From a bacterium (GTDB lineage Bacteria > Zhuqueibacterota > Zhuqueibacteria > Residuimicrobiales > Krinioviventaceae), in the NCBI GenBank assembly GCA_963674595.2, contig CAXXFV010000004.1:1-64000 (forward strand): a stretch of DNA of 64,000 nucleotides, given 5' to 3'. The notes beneath the pieces are model-generated. The model saw nothing but the letters and a program-made list of their open reading frames with translations. It had not been told where the DNA came from and made no database searches. The position numbers and the translations under genes are program-made. Position 1 is the stretch's first letter. Each line of letters begins with the position of its first letter. Positions 19,510 to 30,663 of this stretch are shown piece after piece.

Positions 19510-21525
19510 ATGATGAAACAATTTGAACAAATACCAATAGATGAGTTATGTATAAACACGATTCGTACTTTGGCTATGGACGGTGTTCAACAAGCAAAAT
19601 CCGGTCATCCGGGCACGCCAATGGCACTTGCTCCTATGACATATGCTTTATACACTCGTTTTATGAATTATAATCCCAAAAATCCAAAATGGTTTAACAG
19701 AGACCGTTTTGTTTTATCAAACGGTCATGCATCAATGCTGCAATATGCCATACTGCACCTTGCCGGTTATGATTTACCACTTGAAGAATTGACAAAATTC
19801 AGACAATGGGGCAGCATGACACCGGGTCACCCGGAAAACCATGTGACACCCGGTGTGGAAACGACAACAGGTCCGTTGGGTCAGGGATTGGCAACGGCTG
19901 TTGGAATGGCAATTGCCGAGTCGCATTTGGCGGCAAAATTTAATACTCCGGACATCGAACTCGTAGACCATTACACCTATGTTATCTGCGGAGATGGCGA
20001 TTTAATGGAAGGTGTTTCTCACGAAGCCTCTTCTATGGCCGGACACCTGGGTTTAGGAAAACTCATCTGTTTGTATGACGACAATCATATTACCATCGAA
20101 GGTAAAACAGATCTTTCTTATTCAGACAATGTTGAAAAAAGATTTGAAAGTTACGGCTGGCAGGTTATCAATATCGGCGACAATGCCAATGATTTGGATA
20201 AAATTTCCGATGCTATAAGCGCTGCAAAAGCCGAATCAGGCAAACCCACTATGATCATCGTCAGAACACATATCGGTTTTGGGTCACCAAATTTGCAGGA
20301 CACATCAACAGTCCACGGTGCACCACTGGGTGAAGAAGAAATACGTCTAACTAAAAAAGCCTATGGCTGGCCTGAAGATGAAAAATTTCTGGTACCGGAC
20401 CAGGTTAAAAACCACATGCAGCAATTTATCGATGCCGGTAAAGTTAAAGAAAACGAGTGGAATGCTCTTTACAACTCTTATAAAGAAAAACATCCGGAGC
20501 TTGAGAAAAATTTCCAGACAGCACTTTCAGGTGAACTGCCAGCAGGTTGGGACAGCGATATTCCGGAATTTAAAGCAGAAGACGGTGCTATTGCTACACG
20601 ACAAGCATCCGGTAAAATTATAAACGCCTTTGCATCTAAAGTTCCGTTCTATGCCGGCGGCAGTGCGGACCTTTCTCCGTCTACAAACACACTTATAAAA
20701 AGTGAAGGTTATTTTTCCAAACAAGACCGTAAAAGCAGAAACATCCCCTGGGGTGTAAGAGAATTTGCCATGTGTACGGCCTGTTCCGGCCTCAGTTTAC
20801 ACGGCGGTGTTCGTCCATTTGCCAGCACATTTTTTGTCTTTTCAGATTATGCACGTCCGGCAATAAGACTGGCTTCATTGATGAAACTGCCTGTGATATA
20901 TGTTATGACACATGATTCCATCGGTGTTGGCGAAGACGGCCCCACTCACCAGCCTGTTGAGCATGTTGCTTCTTTTCGAATTATGCCGAACCTGTGCCTG
21001 ATTCGTCCTGCCGATGCAAATGAAACCGCTTATGCCTGGCGGACTGCCCTGCAACGCAAAGACGGTCCGACCATGCTGGTTTTGACGCGTCAGGGTTTGC
21101 CGACCCTTGATCAGTCAAAATACGGAAGCGCAAAAGGCGTATTCAAAGGCGCTTATATTTTGTCCAAAGAAAAAGGCAGCACACCTGATATTATTTTAAT
21201 GGCGTCCGGTTCAGAAGTCAGCCTGATTCTTCAGGCCCAGGCGCAATTATTGGAATCCGGTATTGATGCCCGTGTCGTCAGTATGCCAAGCTGGGAATTA
21301 TTCAAAGAACAATCCGAAGATTATCAAAAAGAGGTATTGCCGCCTGCCATAACCAAAAGACTCGCCGTTGAAGCAGGGGTCTCCACCGGTTGGCACCAGT
21401 GGACAGGTACCGAAGGTAAAATCATCAGCATTGATACATTCGGCGCCAGCGCTCCGGTTAAAACAGTTTTTGGTAAATTTGGATTTTCCGTTGAAAATAT
21501 CGTGGAAAAGGCCAAAACATTATAA
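19510..21525 (+). CDS. tkt: Transketolase
   Basis: SGHPG, RDRFVLSNGH, TTGPLGQG, GDGDLMEG, THDSIGVGEDGPTHQP. Confidence 0.98.
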   Translation: MMKQFEQIPIDELCINTIRTLAMDGVQQAKSGHPGTPMALAPMTYALYTRFMNYNPKNPKWFNRDRFVLSNGHASMLQYAILHLAGYDLPLEELTKFRQWGSMTPGHPENHVTPGVETTTGPLGQGLATAVGMAIAESHLAAKFNTPDIELVDHYTYVICGDGDLMEGVSHEASSMAGHLGLGKLICLYDDNHITIEGKTDLSYSDNVEKRFESYGWQVINIGDNANDLDKISDAISAAKAESGKPTMIIVRTHIGFGSPNLQDTSTVHGAPLGEEEIRLTKKAYGWPEDEKFLVPDQVKNHMQQFIDAGKVKENEWNALYNSYKEKHPELEKNFQTALSGELPAGWDSDIPEFKAEDGAIATRQASGKIINAFASKVPFYAGGSADLSPSTNTLIKSEGYFSKQDRKSRNIPWGVREFAMCTACSGLSLHGGVRPFASTFFVFSDYARPAIRLASLMKLPVIYVMTHDSIGVGEDGPTHQPVEHVASFRIMPNLCLIRPADANETAYAWRTALQRKDGPTMLVLTRQGLPTLDQSKYGSAKGVFKGAYILSKEKGSTPDIILMASGSEVSLILQAQAQLLESGIDARVVSMPSWELFKEQSEDYQKEVLPPAITKRLAVEAGVSTGWHQWTGTEGKIISIDTFGASAPVKTVFGKFGFSVENIVEKAKTL

Positions 21526-21542
21526 ACAAGGTTGTAAATTAC

Positions 21543-21577
21543 AAAAGCCTCTTGATAAAAAATCAAGGGGCTTTTTT
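21543..21577 (+). terminator. Intrinsic terminator after tkt
   Basis: AAAAGCCTCTTGAT..ATCAAGGGGCTTTTTT. Confidence 0.8.
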
Positions 21578-21682
21578 CTTTATATCCAAGATTATTAAAT
21601 CATATTGCGTTTCGATATTATTTTTTCTATTTTTACTTTTGCTCTTAAACGCAAATTGTGTTCATAAATAAAGGCAATACAA

Positions 21683-23572
21683 GTGAAAGAATCATTATCA
21701 AAAATCCTGGTCAATAACAGTTCAGAAATTGCGACTGAATGGGAAGAAAAAATCAAACGAATGCTTCCCCAAAATGAAAAGAAAAAAGCCAATATGCTAG
21801 TTCAACAGCTAATGGCAGTACTGGATATATATTTAATCGATTCTGAACTCGAAACAGCAGCAAATCACTGTAAAAAAACACAATCAGAGTTGTTCCCCAA
21901 TTCAGACAAAGCATTATCTTTTTTTGTAAACAGCCTGCTTGTCAGCCGATACATCCTTCTTTCCACAATTGCCAAAAAAAGCAAAAAACCCATAAACAGC
22001 CTGGAAACATTCGGATATATAAACGATACCTTTGATCCGCTTATAAAAGCAATCTATAATACGTTTAACGAGACTCCTCAGGACGATATAGACCGTTTGC
22101 CTACAAACTTGTCGCATGCGGTGGAGACCGGTCTGTTAAAAATAGACTTTGTAGGTATTGGTGTTTTTGTTATCGACAAAAACCACACAATTATTTACTG
22201 GAGCAATGGTATGAACAAATTTTTCCCCGAAACATCCATAGATGTTTTAGGAAAAAACCTGTTAAGCCATTTCCCGATTTTCCGGCAGGAACATACTATA
22301 TATAATGCGCTGGTTAAAGCTCTTAATGACGGCAAAGACACTGAAATTTATGCCAAACAACACAAGTTCTCAAACAGTAGCCCTTTATATGTAAATATAA
22401 AGGTTTCACCATTAAAAGACCAAAAAGACAATGTAATAGGTGCATCTGTTTTTATGCACGATATTACAGCACATCGAAAAAACGAACAAGCTTTAAAGAG
22501 ATATGAACAGTATTTTGAAAATATTTTAAACGATGCTGCCGATGCAATTATGATTTTAAACGAAGACGATAAAATAGTAATGTGGAACCAGGCAGCCGAA
22601 ATACTATACGGCTGGCCCCAAAATGAAGTTGTCGGCAAAACAATATCTTTTATCGTACCCAATGATCCTCAAGCACAGGAACAAATAAAAAAAATCAATA
22701 GAGCCGTTCGGGAAAAAGGTTTTGTTCGAAATTTTAGAACACATCGGTTGACGCGCGAAGGGAAAAAAATTGTTATTGAAGTTACAAGAACAGCCATAAA
22801 AAACGACCAGGATCAATATATCGGCAGCAGTGTTATTGCCCGTGATATATCCCAGGAAGAACAACTTCGGCAACAACTTATACAATCGGAAAAACTTTCA
22901 GCCGTCGGCACACTGGCGGCCGGCATTGCCCACGAAGTCGGTTCACCCCTTACTTCTATTTCATCCATTACGCAGATATTAAAAGTTAAAAGCGATGATG
23001 AATATTTTAAGGAAAAATTAAGTCTTATTCAGCAAAGTATCGACAGAATTGCAAGGACCGTAAAAACCCTTGTCGATTTTTCCAGACCGATTACACAAAA
23101 AGTGGAAAAAGTGTACCTTAACAATGTGATTGAGCATGTTATTCACATCATAAAATATGAAAAACGGCTCAAATACCATTCCATAGAAACAGAATTTGAG
23201 CCTGACATTCCGCTCGTGGAAGCTAGTTTCGACCAGCTTTTGCAGGTTTTTATCAATATTTGTCTTAATGCTGCAGACGCTATGGAAAAACAAAAAAATG
23301 GACTGTTATATATAAAAACGTGGTATGATTCTGAAAATATTTATGCGGCAATAACAGATAACGGCCGGGGCATCCCTGCAGAAAATGTCGACCATATTTT
23401 TGAACCTTTTTTTACGACCAAAAAAGAAGGCAAAGGTACCGGTTTGGGTTTATGGGTCAGTTATAACATTATGAAAAGTTTTTCCGGGGACATAAAGGTA
23501 AAAAGTGTTTTAGATAACGGCACGACCTTTACTTTATCATTACCCAAAAAAGTATCACCAAAGGATTTATAA
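21683..23572 (+). CDS. Cytoplasmic dual-PAS sensor histidine kinase (NtrB-like)
   Basis: Helical N-terminus, two PAS domains (YWSNG, MWNQAAE), [37 protein letters not shown]; no TM segment. Confidence 0.92.
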   Translation: MKESLSKILVNNSSEIATEWEEKIKRMLPQNEKKKANMLVQQLMAVLDIYLIDSELETAANHCKKTQSELFPNSDKALSFFVNSLLVSRYILLSTIAKKSKKPINSLETFGYINDTFDPLIKAIYNTFNETPQDDIDRLPTNLSHAVETGLLKIDFVGIGVFVIDKNHTIIYWSNGMNKFFPETSIDVLGKNLLSHFPIFRQEHTIYNALVKALNDGKDTEIYAKQHKFSNSSPLYVNIKVSPLKDQKDNVIGASVFMHDITAHRKNEQALKRYEQYFENILNDAADAIMILNEDDKIVMWNQAAEILYGWPQNEVVGKTISFIVPNDPQAQEQIKKINRAVREKGFVRNFRTHRLTREGKKIVIEVTRTAIKNDQDQYIGSSVIARDISQEEQLRQQLIQSEKLSAVGTLAAGIAHEVGSPLTSISSITQILKVKSDDEYFKEKLSLIQQSIDRIARTVKTLVDFSRPITQKVEKVYLNNVIEHVIHIIKYEKRLKYHSIETEFEPDIPLVEASFDQLLQVFINICLNAADAMEKQKNGLLYIKTWYDSENIYAAITDNGRGIPAENVDHIFEPFFTTKKEGKGTGLGLWVSYNIMKSFSGDIKVKSVLDNGTTFTLSLPKKVSPKDL

Positions 23573-24931
23573 ATGTCACATAATATACTCATCGTTGATG
23601 ACGATGATATAACAAGAGAAAGTCTCGCCGCCATTCTTGTAAACAAAGGATTTCATTGCAAGCAGGCAGAAAACGGCCAAAAAGCTTTGGAAATAATAAA
23701 AATAACTGATTTTGACGTGGTTATCAGCGACATTGAAATGCCGACGATGAACGGTTTACAGCTTTTAGAACAAACCCATCAAATCGGTTCACGGGCATCG
23801 TTTATTATGATTACCGCTTATGCATCCGTAGAAACGGCCATTGAAGCTCTCCGCAAAGGCGCTCATGATTATTTATTAAAACCCTTAAATTTTGAAGACG
23901 TTGCTATCAAAGTTACCAAACTTTTGGAACATAAAGAGCTTGTTATTGAGAACCAGGCACTGCGCCAGGCAATAAATGCGCAATACGATTTTTCAAATAT
24001 AATCGGTAAAAGTCCTGCTATAAAGAAAATATTTAAAACCATTGAAAAAGTATCCGACAGTGACAGCAATGTTCTCATTAGCGGTAACAGCGGAACCGGA
24101 AAAGAACTGGTTGCCAAAGCAATTCACTATAACAGCGGCCGCAGAAAAGGCCATATTGTAGCGGTTAATTGCGGCGCTATCACCGAAACTCTTTTGGAAA
24201 GTGAACTTTTCGGCCATAAAAAAGGATCGTTTACAGGCGCTGTAAACGATAAAGACGGACTCTTTAAAGTTGCTCATAACGGAAGTTTGTTTTTAGACGA
24301 AATTGGTGAACTTTCCTTAACGGCACAGGCCAAGTTGTTAAGAGCTATTGAAACCAAAGAAATACTCCCTGTGGGCGGCACAACCCCGATAAAAACCGAT
24401 ATTCGTATTATTGCCGCCACAAACAGCAATCTTGAACAGGAAGTGCAAAACGGCAATTTCCGTGAAGATTTATTTTATCGACTCAATGTTATCGAAATTG
24501 AACTTCCCTCGCTATCAGAGAGACGTGAAGACATTCCTCTATTGGTGCAGCATTTTATAAAAAAATATAACCGTCAGATGAATAAACGAATAACGCACGT
24601 TGAACCCAAACTTATGCAAAAACTGGTTGATAAAAAATGGAGGGGTGAAGTACGTGAGCTTGAAAATTTTATTGAAAGATTAATGATTTTTGCCCAAAAA
24701 GACTTTTTGTCGTTTAAAGATGTAGCACCTTTTTTCCTGTCCGACACGGAAAAACCCTGTCCGCAAATAGACACACCGAACCTCAAGCTGGCTGTTGAAA
24801 ATTATGAAAAGGAATTTATACTCGATCAATTGAATAAAAATAACAACCATCGCGGGCAAACAGCAAAAATTTTAGGTATTGGGGAGGCGACTTTATACAG
24901 AAAAATGAAACAGCTTGGAATTGTTCAATAA
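23573..24931 (+). CDS. sigma-54-dependent response regulator (NtrC family)
   Basis: REC domain (DIEMP), GNSGTGKE, ESELFGHKKGSFTGA, FREDLFYRL, Fis-type HTH. Confidence 0.95.
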   Translation: MSHNILIVDDDDITRESLAAILVNKGFHCKQAENGQKALEIIKITDFDVVISDIEMPTMNGLQLLEQTHQIGSRASFIMITAYASVETAIEALRKGAHDYLLKPLNFEDVAIKVTKLLEHKELVIENQALRQAINAQYDFSNIIGKSPAIKKIFKTIEKVSDSDSNVLISGNSGTGKELVAKAIHYNSGRRKGHIVAVNCGAITETLLESELFGHKKGSFTGAVNDKDGLFKVAHNGSLFLDEIGELSLTAQAKLLRAIETKEILPVGGTTPIKTDIRIIAATNSNLEQEVQNGNFREDLFYRLNVIEIELPSLSERREDIPLLVQHFIKKYNRQMNKRITHVEPKLMQKLVDKKWRGEVRELENFIERLMIFAQKDFLSFKDVAPFFLSDTEKPCPQIDTPNLKLAVENYEKEFILDQLNKNNNHRGQTAKILGIGEATLYRKMKQLGIVQ

Positions 24932-24935
24932 CTGT

Positions 24936-25349
24936 TTATTCACCCATCACTTTTATCACAACTCTTTTTCGGCGTTGACCGTCAAACTCCGCATAATAAA
25001 CAGCCTGCCAGGGACCTAAATCCAAACGACCATTTGTAATGGGCAAAATGACCTGATGATGCATAAGAAGGCTCTTTAAATGGGAATCTCCGTTAACTTC
25101 ACCGGTACGATGGTGACGATAATCCGGTCCTTCCGGTGCAAGGTTTTGCAGCCAATCGTCAATATCCTGAATAAGGCCCGATTCCGCATCATTTACATAC
25201 ACAGCCGCTGTAATATGCATGGCGGAAACAAGGACCATACCTTCCCTGACACCACTTTTTGTAACGGCATCCCGGACTTTATCGGAAATATTGATATATT
25301 CCCGATGATTTTTAGTATCAAACCAAAGATAATCTGTAAAAAATTTCAT
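24936..25349 (-). CDS. yjbQ: YjbQ/UPF0047 family protein
   Basis: [28 protein letters not shown]. Confidence 0.92.
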   Translation of the reverse strand: MKFFTDYLWFDTKNHREYINISDKVRDAVTKSGVREGMVLVSAMHITAAVYVNDAESGLIQDIDDWLQNLAPEGPDYRHHRTGEVNGDSHLKSLLMHHQVILPITNGRLDLGPWQAVYYAEFDGQRRKRVVIKVMGE

Positions 25350-25372
25350 TATACACCTGCTGTTATTCTTTA

Positions 25373-25888
25373 CTAGTAATCGTCCCCGAGCACCAATGCT
25401 TCACGTTCGAATAAGGCTTGATTAAAGTTATCCACAAAATCCTTTATATGCAAAAAATGATCGCGAAAAACATGACGATGTTTGGAATTTTTGCTCAATT
25501 CTGAAATTTCTTCAAAAAGGTTCGTAACTTCGTCCTTCATTCTTTGCTCAAAATCATAAATGTGTTCCTCACGGTATGAGGGTAATTTCTCTGATTTAAA
25601 AAATGAAGCGGATTCGTACGTTGGATTTTGCAAACTCTGGCAAATGGTGGATAATTTCCGTTGAGTACTTTTGACAAATTCATCCAAAAGTTCCTGGTCT
25701 TCAGGTTGGGCGGCTTGCGGGATCTCGCTAATTTGACTCAGCAGTTGATTTGTATTATTAATCAAGTGCTGACGAAATCGAATATCTGATTGTCTTCTCT
25801 GTCCTAATTTTTCGTAACCAGAATATCCCTCAATACTTTGAGAAAGTGCGTTCAAAGCAGTATTTTGACTGCTTGAGGGTTGGTTCAT
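25373..25888 (-). CDS. Helical hypothetical protein
   Basis: Open frame with AAGGAG RBS 8 nt before the ATG at 25888; IEGYSGY..RRQSD..R N-terminal motif; upstream of yjbQ. Confidence 0.7.
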   Translation of the reverse strand: MNQPSSSQNTALNALSQSIEGYSGYEKLGQRRQSDIRFRQHLINNTNQLLSQISEIPQAAQPEDQELLDEFVKSTQRKLSTICQSLQNPTYESASFFKSEKLPSYREEHIYDFEQRMKDEVTNLFEEISELSKNSKHRHVFRDHFLHIKDFVDNFNQALFEREALVLGDDY

Positions 25889-26143
25889 AGCGTTCACTCC
25901 TTGATCTCTAACATGTTAATTTATCTATCTTAATAACCGCAAACCACAAAGTTCTTTAACGGCTGCAATTTTTTATTAACAATTAAACGTTTAAATATTG
26001 AAAATGATCCCATAAAATTGGGAAAAAGGTAATCAAACCAGGATAACATGAACTGCTTAATTTTAGTTGGACGATAATTTACTATTGACAAACTACAATG
26101 TCAATGTTTTTCTGAAAAACCGGATTATCTGTTGAATTATTTT

Positions 26144-28099
26144 TTAAAGGACAAGTTCATAAATTTTGGCATCAATAAATAACCGTAAAATTTCAGAATC
26201 AATTTTACCGGCCCTGCTTTCGCTCATCAAGATATCCAAAGCTTTATCCGGGGGGACGGCTCTTTTATAAGGTCTGTCTGATGCTGTTAATGCATCAAAA
26301 ATATCAGATATCGCCATCATTTTTGAAGGGAACGGTATTTCTGCAGAAGATAATTTTCTCGGATAACCCGTACCGTCCAGCTTTTCATGATGTGCATGTG
26401 CATAGTGAGGAACTTTTTTCAGATGTGAAGCCCAGGGTATTCTGCTTAAAAAATTATATGTATGTGTAACATGTGATTCTATTTCACGACGTTCTTCTTC
26501 ACTTAAACTGCCACGGGGGATAGACAACATATAAGCCTCGTGCTCGGAAAGGTAGTGCTGCAATTCATTATCATCTTCAAATACGATTTTGCTTATTTCA
26601 TTTAGCTGTTCAAAGCCACCTTCGGCCAGCACCCTCGGCTCATTTGCCTGTAGAATAAAATCAACATATTGATCAATTTCTTTTAATCTTTTTGTTAATT
26701 TTTCATCAATTTGAGGTAATTGTAAAATTTTATTATTGTTTTTTGAATGATTTAAATTGTCTAACTTTTCTTTTGTTAAATCCAGTTCAATTACTTTTTT
26801 AATCAATTTAAACCGGTTTTTAACCATTTCCAACTGTTCCGGGTACAATTTTTTGGCTTTGACCAGTACGGATTCACGTACGCCAATTTTACCAAAATCA
26901 TGTAATAAGGAAGCATAGTTTATCTGTTGAATGTCATCGCGGGAAAAATTGACATTTCTAAATGGTCCCGAGTCCAGGCGGTCAATCTGTTTTGCCAAAC
27001 CCACCGTCAGTTGCGCTACCCGCTCGGAATGACCGGAGGTTGTGGGGTCTCTTTGTTCAATGGCGTGTACAGAAGCGACAATAAAACCTTCAAACAATTT
27101 TTTAATTTCTTCATAAAGACGCATGTTCTCAATACTGATGGCAGCCTGACTGGCCAGAGAAGAGGCCAATTCTTCGCAGCGTTCATCAAAAGGGACAACC
27201 CGCATAGCGACGTTATCAAAAGTTAATTTAACCTTTTTTGAACCAACCTTGCGATTGATCAATTGCAGCACACCGATCAAATCACCCTGATGACTTTTCA
27301 TGGGAATACACAAAACAGCTCTTGTCCGGTACCCCATTTTTTCATCAAAACTCCGGTTATGGCGGACCTCACTGTTGTCCGGCAGGTTATAGGCGTCGGA
27401 TATATTTAACACACGGCCTGTTAACGCCGTAAACCCGGCCATACTCTCCTTTTTAACAGGCATGACAAATTCACGATAACTGGACTGAATGGAATCATTT
27501 TGGGCCAGTTTAAACCGAAGCTGTTTGTCTTTCCAAAAATCGTTTTCATCGGCCTGAATGTCCGGGTTCTTTTCAACCAGATACAAACTACCGGCGTCGG
27601 CGTAGGTTATTTCCCGTGCCTTTGTTAAAATAAGTTCCAACAAAGCTTCCGGATCACGTTCAGCCGAAAGCGCAATTCCGATATGATTTAAAACAGCAAG
27701 TTCCTGGGTTTTTAAATTCAACTTTTCATTCAGGGAACCTATTTGTTCCTTTGCTGATAACATCATCACAAGCTGCTGTAAACTTTTTAACACCTGCCAC
27801 TCTACCAAGGGCACTGAAACATAATCCACAAGTTCATCAAAAGCTTCAGACGGCTGGTTTTCGTCAAGAATCGTCAAAATTCCATAAAACCGGCCGTTTT
27901 CATTTTTGTAAAAATCCGATTTTAGCGAATCAGGCGTCTCATAGATCAGGATGACATGTGCCTCATCATCAAAAACTTTATCATCAAATGTGTTATCATT
28001 GACCTGACAAATAGACCAATGTTTATTTATTTTTTGCAAAAGCTGCTCAAACCAATGGTAATGTTTGGAGCCAAAATAAACTAATTTTACTTTATCCAT
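26144..28099 (-). CDS. GAF plus HD-GYP cyclic-dinucleotide phosphodiesterase
   Basis: GAF (ADAGSLY, IGVLQLINR), RDPTTSGHSERV, LHDFGKIG, HHEKLDGTGYP, DIFDALT..RPYK. Confidence 0.92.
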   Translation of the reverse strand: MDKVKLVYFGSKHYHWFEQLLQKINKHWSICQVNDNTFDDKVFDDEAHVILIYETPDSLKSDFYKNENGRFYGILTILDENQPSEAFDELVDYVSVPLVEWQVLKSLQQLVMMLSAKEQIGSLNEKLNLKTQELAVLNHIGIALSAERDPEALLELILTKAREITYADAGSLYLVEKNPDIQADENDFWKDKQLRFKLAQNDSIQSSYREFVMPVKKESMAGFTALTGRVLNISDAYNLPDNSEVRHNRSFDEKMGYRTRAVLCIPMKSHQGDLIGVLQLINRKVGSKKVKLTFDNVAMRVVPFDERCEELASSLASQAAISIENMRLYEEIKKLFEGFIVASVHAIEQRDPTTSGHSERVAQLTVGLAKQIDRLDSGPFRNVNFSRDDIQQINYASLLHDFGKIGVRESVLVKAKKLYPEQLEMVKNRFKLIKKVIELDLTKEKLDNLNHSKNNNKILQLPQIDEKLTKRLKEIDQYVDFILQANEPRVLAEGGFEQLNEISKIVFEDDNELQHYLSEHEAYMLSIPRGSLSEEERREIESHVTHTYNFLSRIPWASHLKKVPHYAHAHHEKLDGTGYPRKLSSAEIPFPSKMMAISDIFDALTASDRPYKRAVPPDKALDILMSESRAGKIDSEILRLFIDAKIYELVL

Positions 28100-28152
28100 T
28101 TTTATTTATCCGTTTTGATAATGCCATTACATGTTTAAACACTAAATTCTCA

Positions 28153-29031
28153 TCAGTATTCCTTTTGTTCTCCCTTTAACGTAACAGCCACTCCTGTTAA
28201 TATAAGCAATGCACTTGATATTTTCAACCATCCTATCGTTTCACCTAAAAAAATCCACGCTAAAACAGACGCGCCAACGGGTTCACCTAAAATAATAACA
28301 GCAACAGAAGTCGCAGATAAATATTTCAATGCCCAGTTAATGCTGGTATGACCGATAATTTGCGGGATAAAAGCAATAAGCAGTAATAACCACAACGTTT
28401 GGCTCGTATAATGAAACAATGTCATTTTTAAGAAAAAAGTAGCAAGTAAAAGAATGACGGCCGAGGCGCCATAAACCAATGTCACATAGGGGAATAATTC
28501 GACATGCTGCCGCAACTTTCTGCCAAGCACCAGATAAACAGCCGCTCCAATTGCCCCGGCGACAGCCAACAGGTTCCCCAAAAAAGAGGATGAATTATCA
28601 TTAAAATCCAGAATCCCGATAAAACTGCTGCCGATAACAGCAATAAAAATTCCGATCCAACTTGTGAGAGAGGGTTTTTCTTTTAAAAACAACAATCCGG
28701 CGAAAGCAACAAAAACCGGTGCTGTTTGGACCAGCACAACGGAACTGGCGACAGAAGTATAGCGTAGAGAACTGATCCATGTTATAAAATGAAAAGCAAG
28801 TGCACAGCCGGCCCACATAGCCGTCTTTTTTTTACCGGCCGGAAATGATTTTAAAACAGGTCCGCTTTTATAACGGCTGATACTCCAGTAAAATACGGAA
28901 GCGATGGAAACTCTGTATAATGCAATAATCAACGGTGGGGCCGTACACATTTTAATAAAAACAGATGCAGAAGAAATAGCAGCCAAACCAAAAAGTAAAA
29001 CAAAAACAATTTTAGACTTGGAAACAAACAA
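28153..29031 (-). CDS. DMT/EamA family transporter
   Basis: About 10 TM helices, two EamA repeats (FLKEK, GEPV..LAWIFLGE). Confidence 0.92.
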   Translation of the reverse strand: MFVSKSKIVFVLLFGLAAISSASVFIKMCTAPPLIIALYRVSIASVFYWSISRYKSGPVLKSFPAGKKKTAMWAGCALAFHFITWISSLRYTSVASSVVLVQTAPVFVAFAGLLFLKEKPSLTSWIGIFIAVIGSSFIGILDFNDNSSSFLGNLLAVAGAIGAAVYLVLGRKLRQHVELFPYVTLVYGASAVILLLATFFLKMTLFHYTSQTLWLLLLIAFIPQIIGHTSINWALKYLSATSVAVIILGEPVGASVLAWIFLGETIGWLKISSALLILTGVAVTLKGEQKEY

Positions 29032-29045
29032 TAAAAGTCATTGTC

Positions 29046-29975
29046 CTATTTTGTTCGGTAATTAAGGAAAATTTTTTGAAAATCCTGGGCCAATATTACA
29101 TCATTATGAATTTTTGCGGCCTGGTTCAGCATTTCAGTTTCCTGTTCCTCCAAATAGCGGGAACTTGTATGCCATAGCACTAATTTTTGTACCTGAGCAT
29201 CTTTGGCGAGCATGGCTGCTTCAGTACAAGTACTGTGGCCTGTTTGAACAGCACGTTCGGCATGCAATTCGGAAAAAGTACTGTCATGAACAAGAACATC
29301 TGCATCGACCGCCAACTGTTTTCCGGCCTTACAGGGACGTGTATCTGAGCAATAGGCAATACAACGTCCGGGTATGGGCGGACCTACAATTTCAGAAGGT
29401 AAAATTTCCCGGCCATTGACATGAATGGGTTTTCCCTGCAAAAGATGCTTTCGCAGTTCATTATTCGGCACGCCCAGTTTATCTGCTTTTTTAGAATTGA
29501 ACACGCCGGGTTTGGGCTTTTCAACAAAGCGAAAACCAAAACAATTGTCATTATGTACTAATTTTCTAACAAGGACCTGAAACGCATCAAAAGGATAGGA
29601 TTTACCATCCTCAATTTCAATAAATTTTAAATTATATTGAATCTCAAAACCGGTAATACTTTTAACAGATAAATAAAACTGTTCCAATCCTCGAGGTCCA
29701 TAGACTGTTAACTCTTTTTTCCGATCCATCATTTGCTGAGTCGTTAAAAATCCGGGGAGTCCAAAGATATGGTCACCATGCAAATGAGAAATAAAAATGG
29801 CATCAATTTTTCCTGCGGATATCGTAGTCCGTAAAAGAGCCATCTGAGTGCCTTCACCGCAATCAACCAGCAGAGCCGTGCCCTCACGTTCAATGACCAT
29901 CGCGGGCAGGCCCCGTCTTAAAGACGGCACAGCCCCACCTGTACCCAGAAATGTAATGGAGAGTTTACCACTCAT
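29046..29975 (-). CDS. rnz: Ribonuclease Z
   Basis: FLGTGGAVPS, DCGEGTQ, HLHGDH, exosite arm, SDTRP, GHST. Confidence 0.95.
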   Translation of the reverse strand: MSGKLSITFLGTGGAVPSLRRGLPAMVIEREGTALLVDCGEGTQMALLRTTISAGKIDAIFISHLHGDHIFGLPGFLTTQQMMDRKKELTVYGPRGLEQFYLSVKSITGFEIQYNLKFIEIEDGKSYPFDAFQVLVRKLVHNDNCFGFRFVEKPKPGVFNSKKADKLGVPNNELRKHLLQGKPIHVNGREILPSEIVGPPIPGRCIAYCSDTRPCKAGKQLAVDADVLVHDSTFSELHAERAVQTGHSTCTEAAMLAKDAQVQKLVLWHTSSRYLEEQETEMLNQAAKIHNDVILAQDFQKIFLNYRTK

Positions 29976-30003
29976 TATATTGGAATATTACCAGTCTGAT
30001 TGA

Positions 30004-30633
30004 TTATTTTTTCTTACCAAAACGATTTTCAGTTCCGTTCAATAACCGTCTAATATTTGAACGATGAGTAAAAATAATAAGTGCGGCGGCAAAAAAGCCA
30101 AAAAGATAAAGAGAAAATTCCACCTGAACATTAAACAAGTATCTAAAAATACTGAGAACAATCGGAAGAGAAACAGCGGCACTCATCGAGCTCACAGAGA
30201 CGATTCTGGTGATCGCAAGAACAATTCCAAAAACACCAATACAAATCAAAAAAGTCAACGGAAACATTGCCAACAGCATTCCGGCAGCCGTACCCACACC
30301 TTTTCCTCCGCGAAAACCGGCAAAAACAGACCAGATATGACCGATAATAGCGCTGCATCCGGCCAATATCTGTAAAACACCATAGTCAGAAACCATACCG
30401 TTTTTAGCGAGTTGTGCCACCCAAAATGTGGCGGCAAATCCTTTAAACAGATCAAACAGCATCACAAAAAGGCCGGGTTTCCACCCTAAAACACGAAATA
30501 CATTTGTTCCGCCGGCATTTCCGCTGCCATGCTCGCGGATGTCAATTCCGCGTAATACTTTTCCCACAATAATACTTGTTGGAATGGACCCCAAAAGATA
30601 TGATAATACGATAACAGCAAGCAATGAAACCAT
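30004..30633 (-). CDS. plsY: Glycerol-3-phosphate acyltransferase PlsY
   Basis: YLLGSIP, HGSGNAGGTN, FRGGKGV, HRSNIRRL. Confidence 0.96.
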   Translation of the reverse strand: MVSLLAVIVLSYLLGSIPTSIIVGKVLRGIDIREHGSGNAGGTNVFRVLGWKPGLFVMLFDLFKGFAATFWVAQLAKNGMVSDYGVLQILAGCSAIIGHIWSVFAGFRGGKGVGTAAGMLLAMFPLTFLICIGVFGIVLAITRIVSVSSMSAAVSLPIVLSIFRYLFNVQVEFSLYLFGFFAAALIIFTHRSNIRRLLNGTENRFGKKK

Positions 30634-30663
30634 AACTCTCCTCTATTTTAGCATCCTTTTAAA

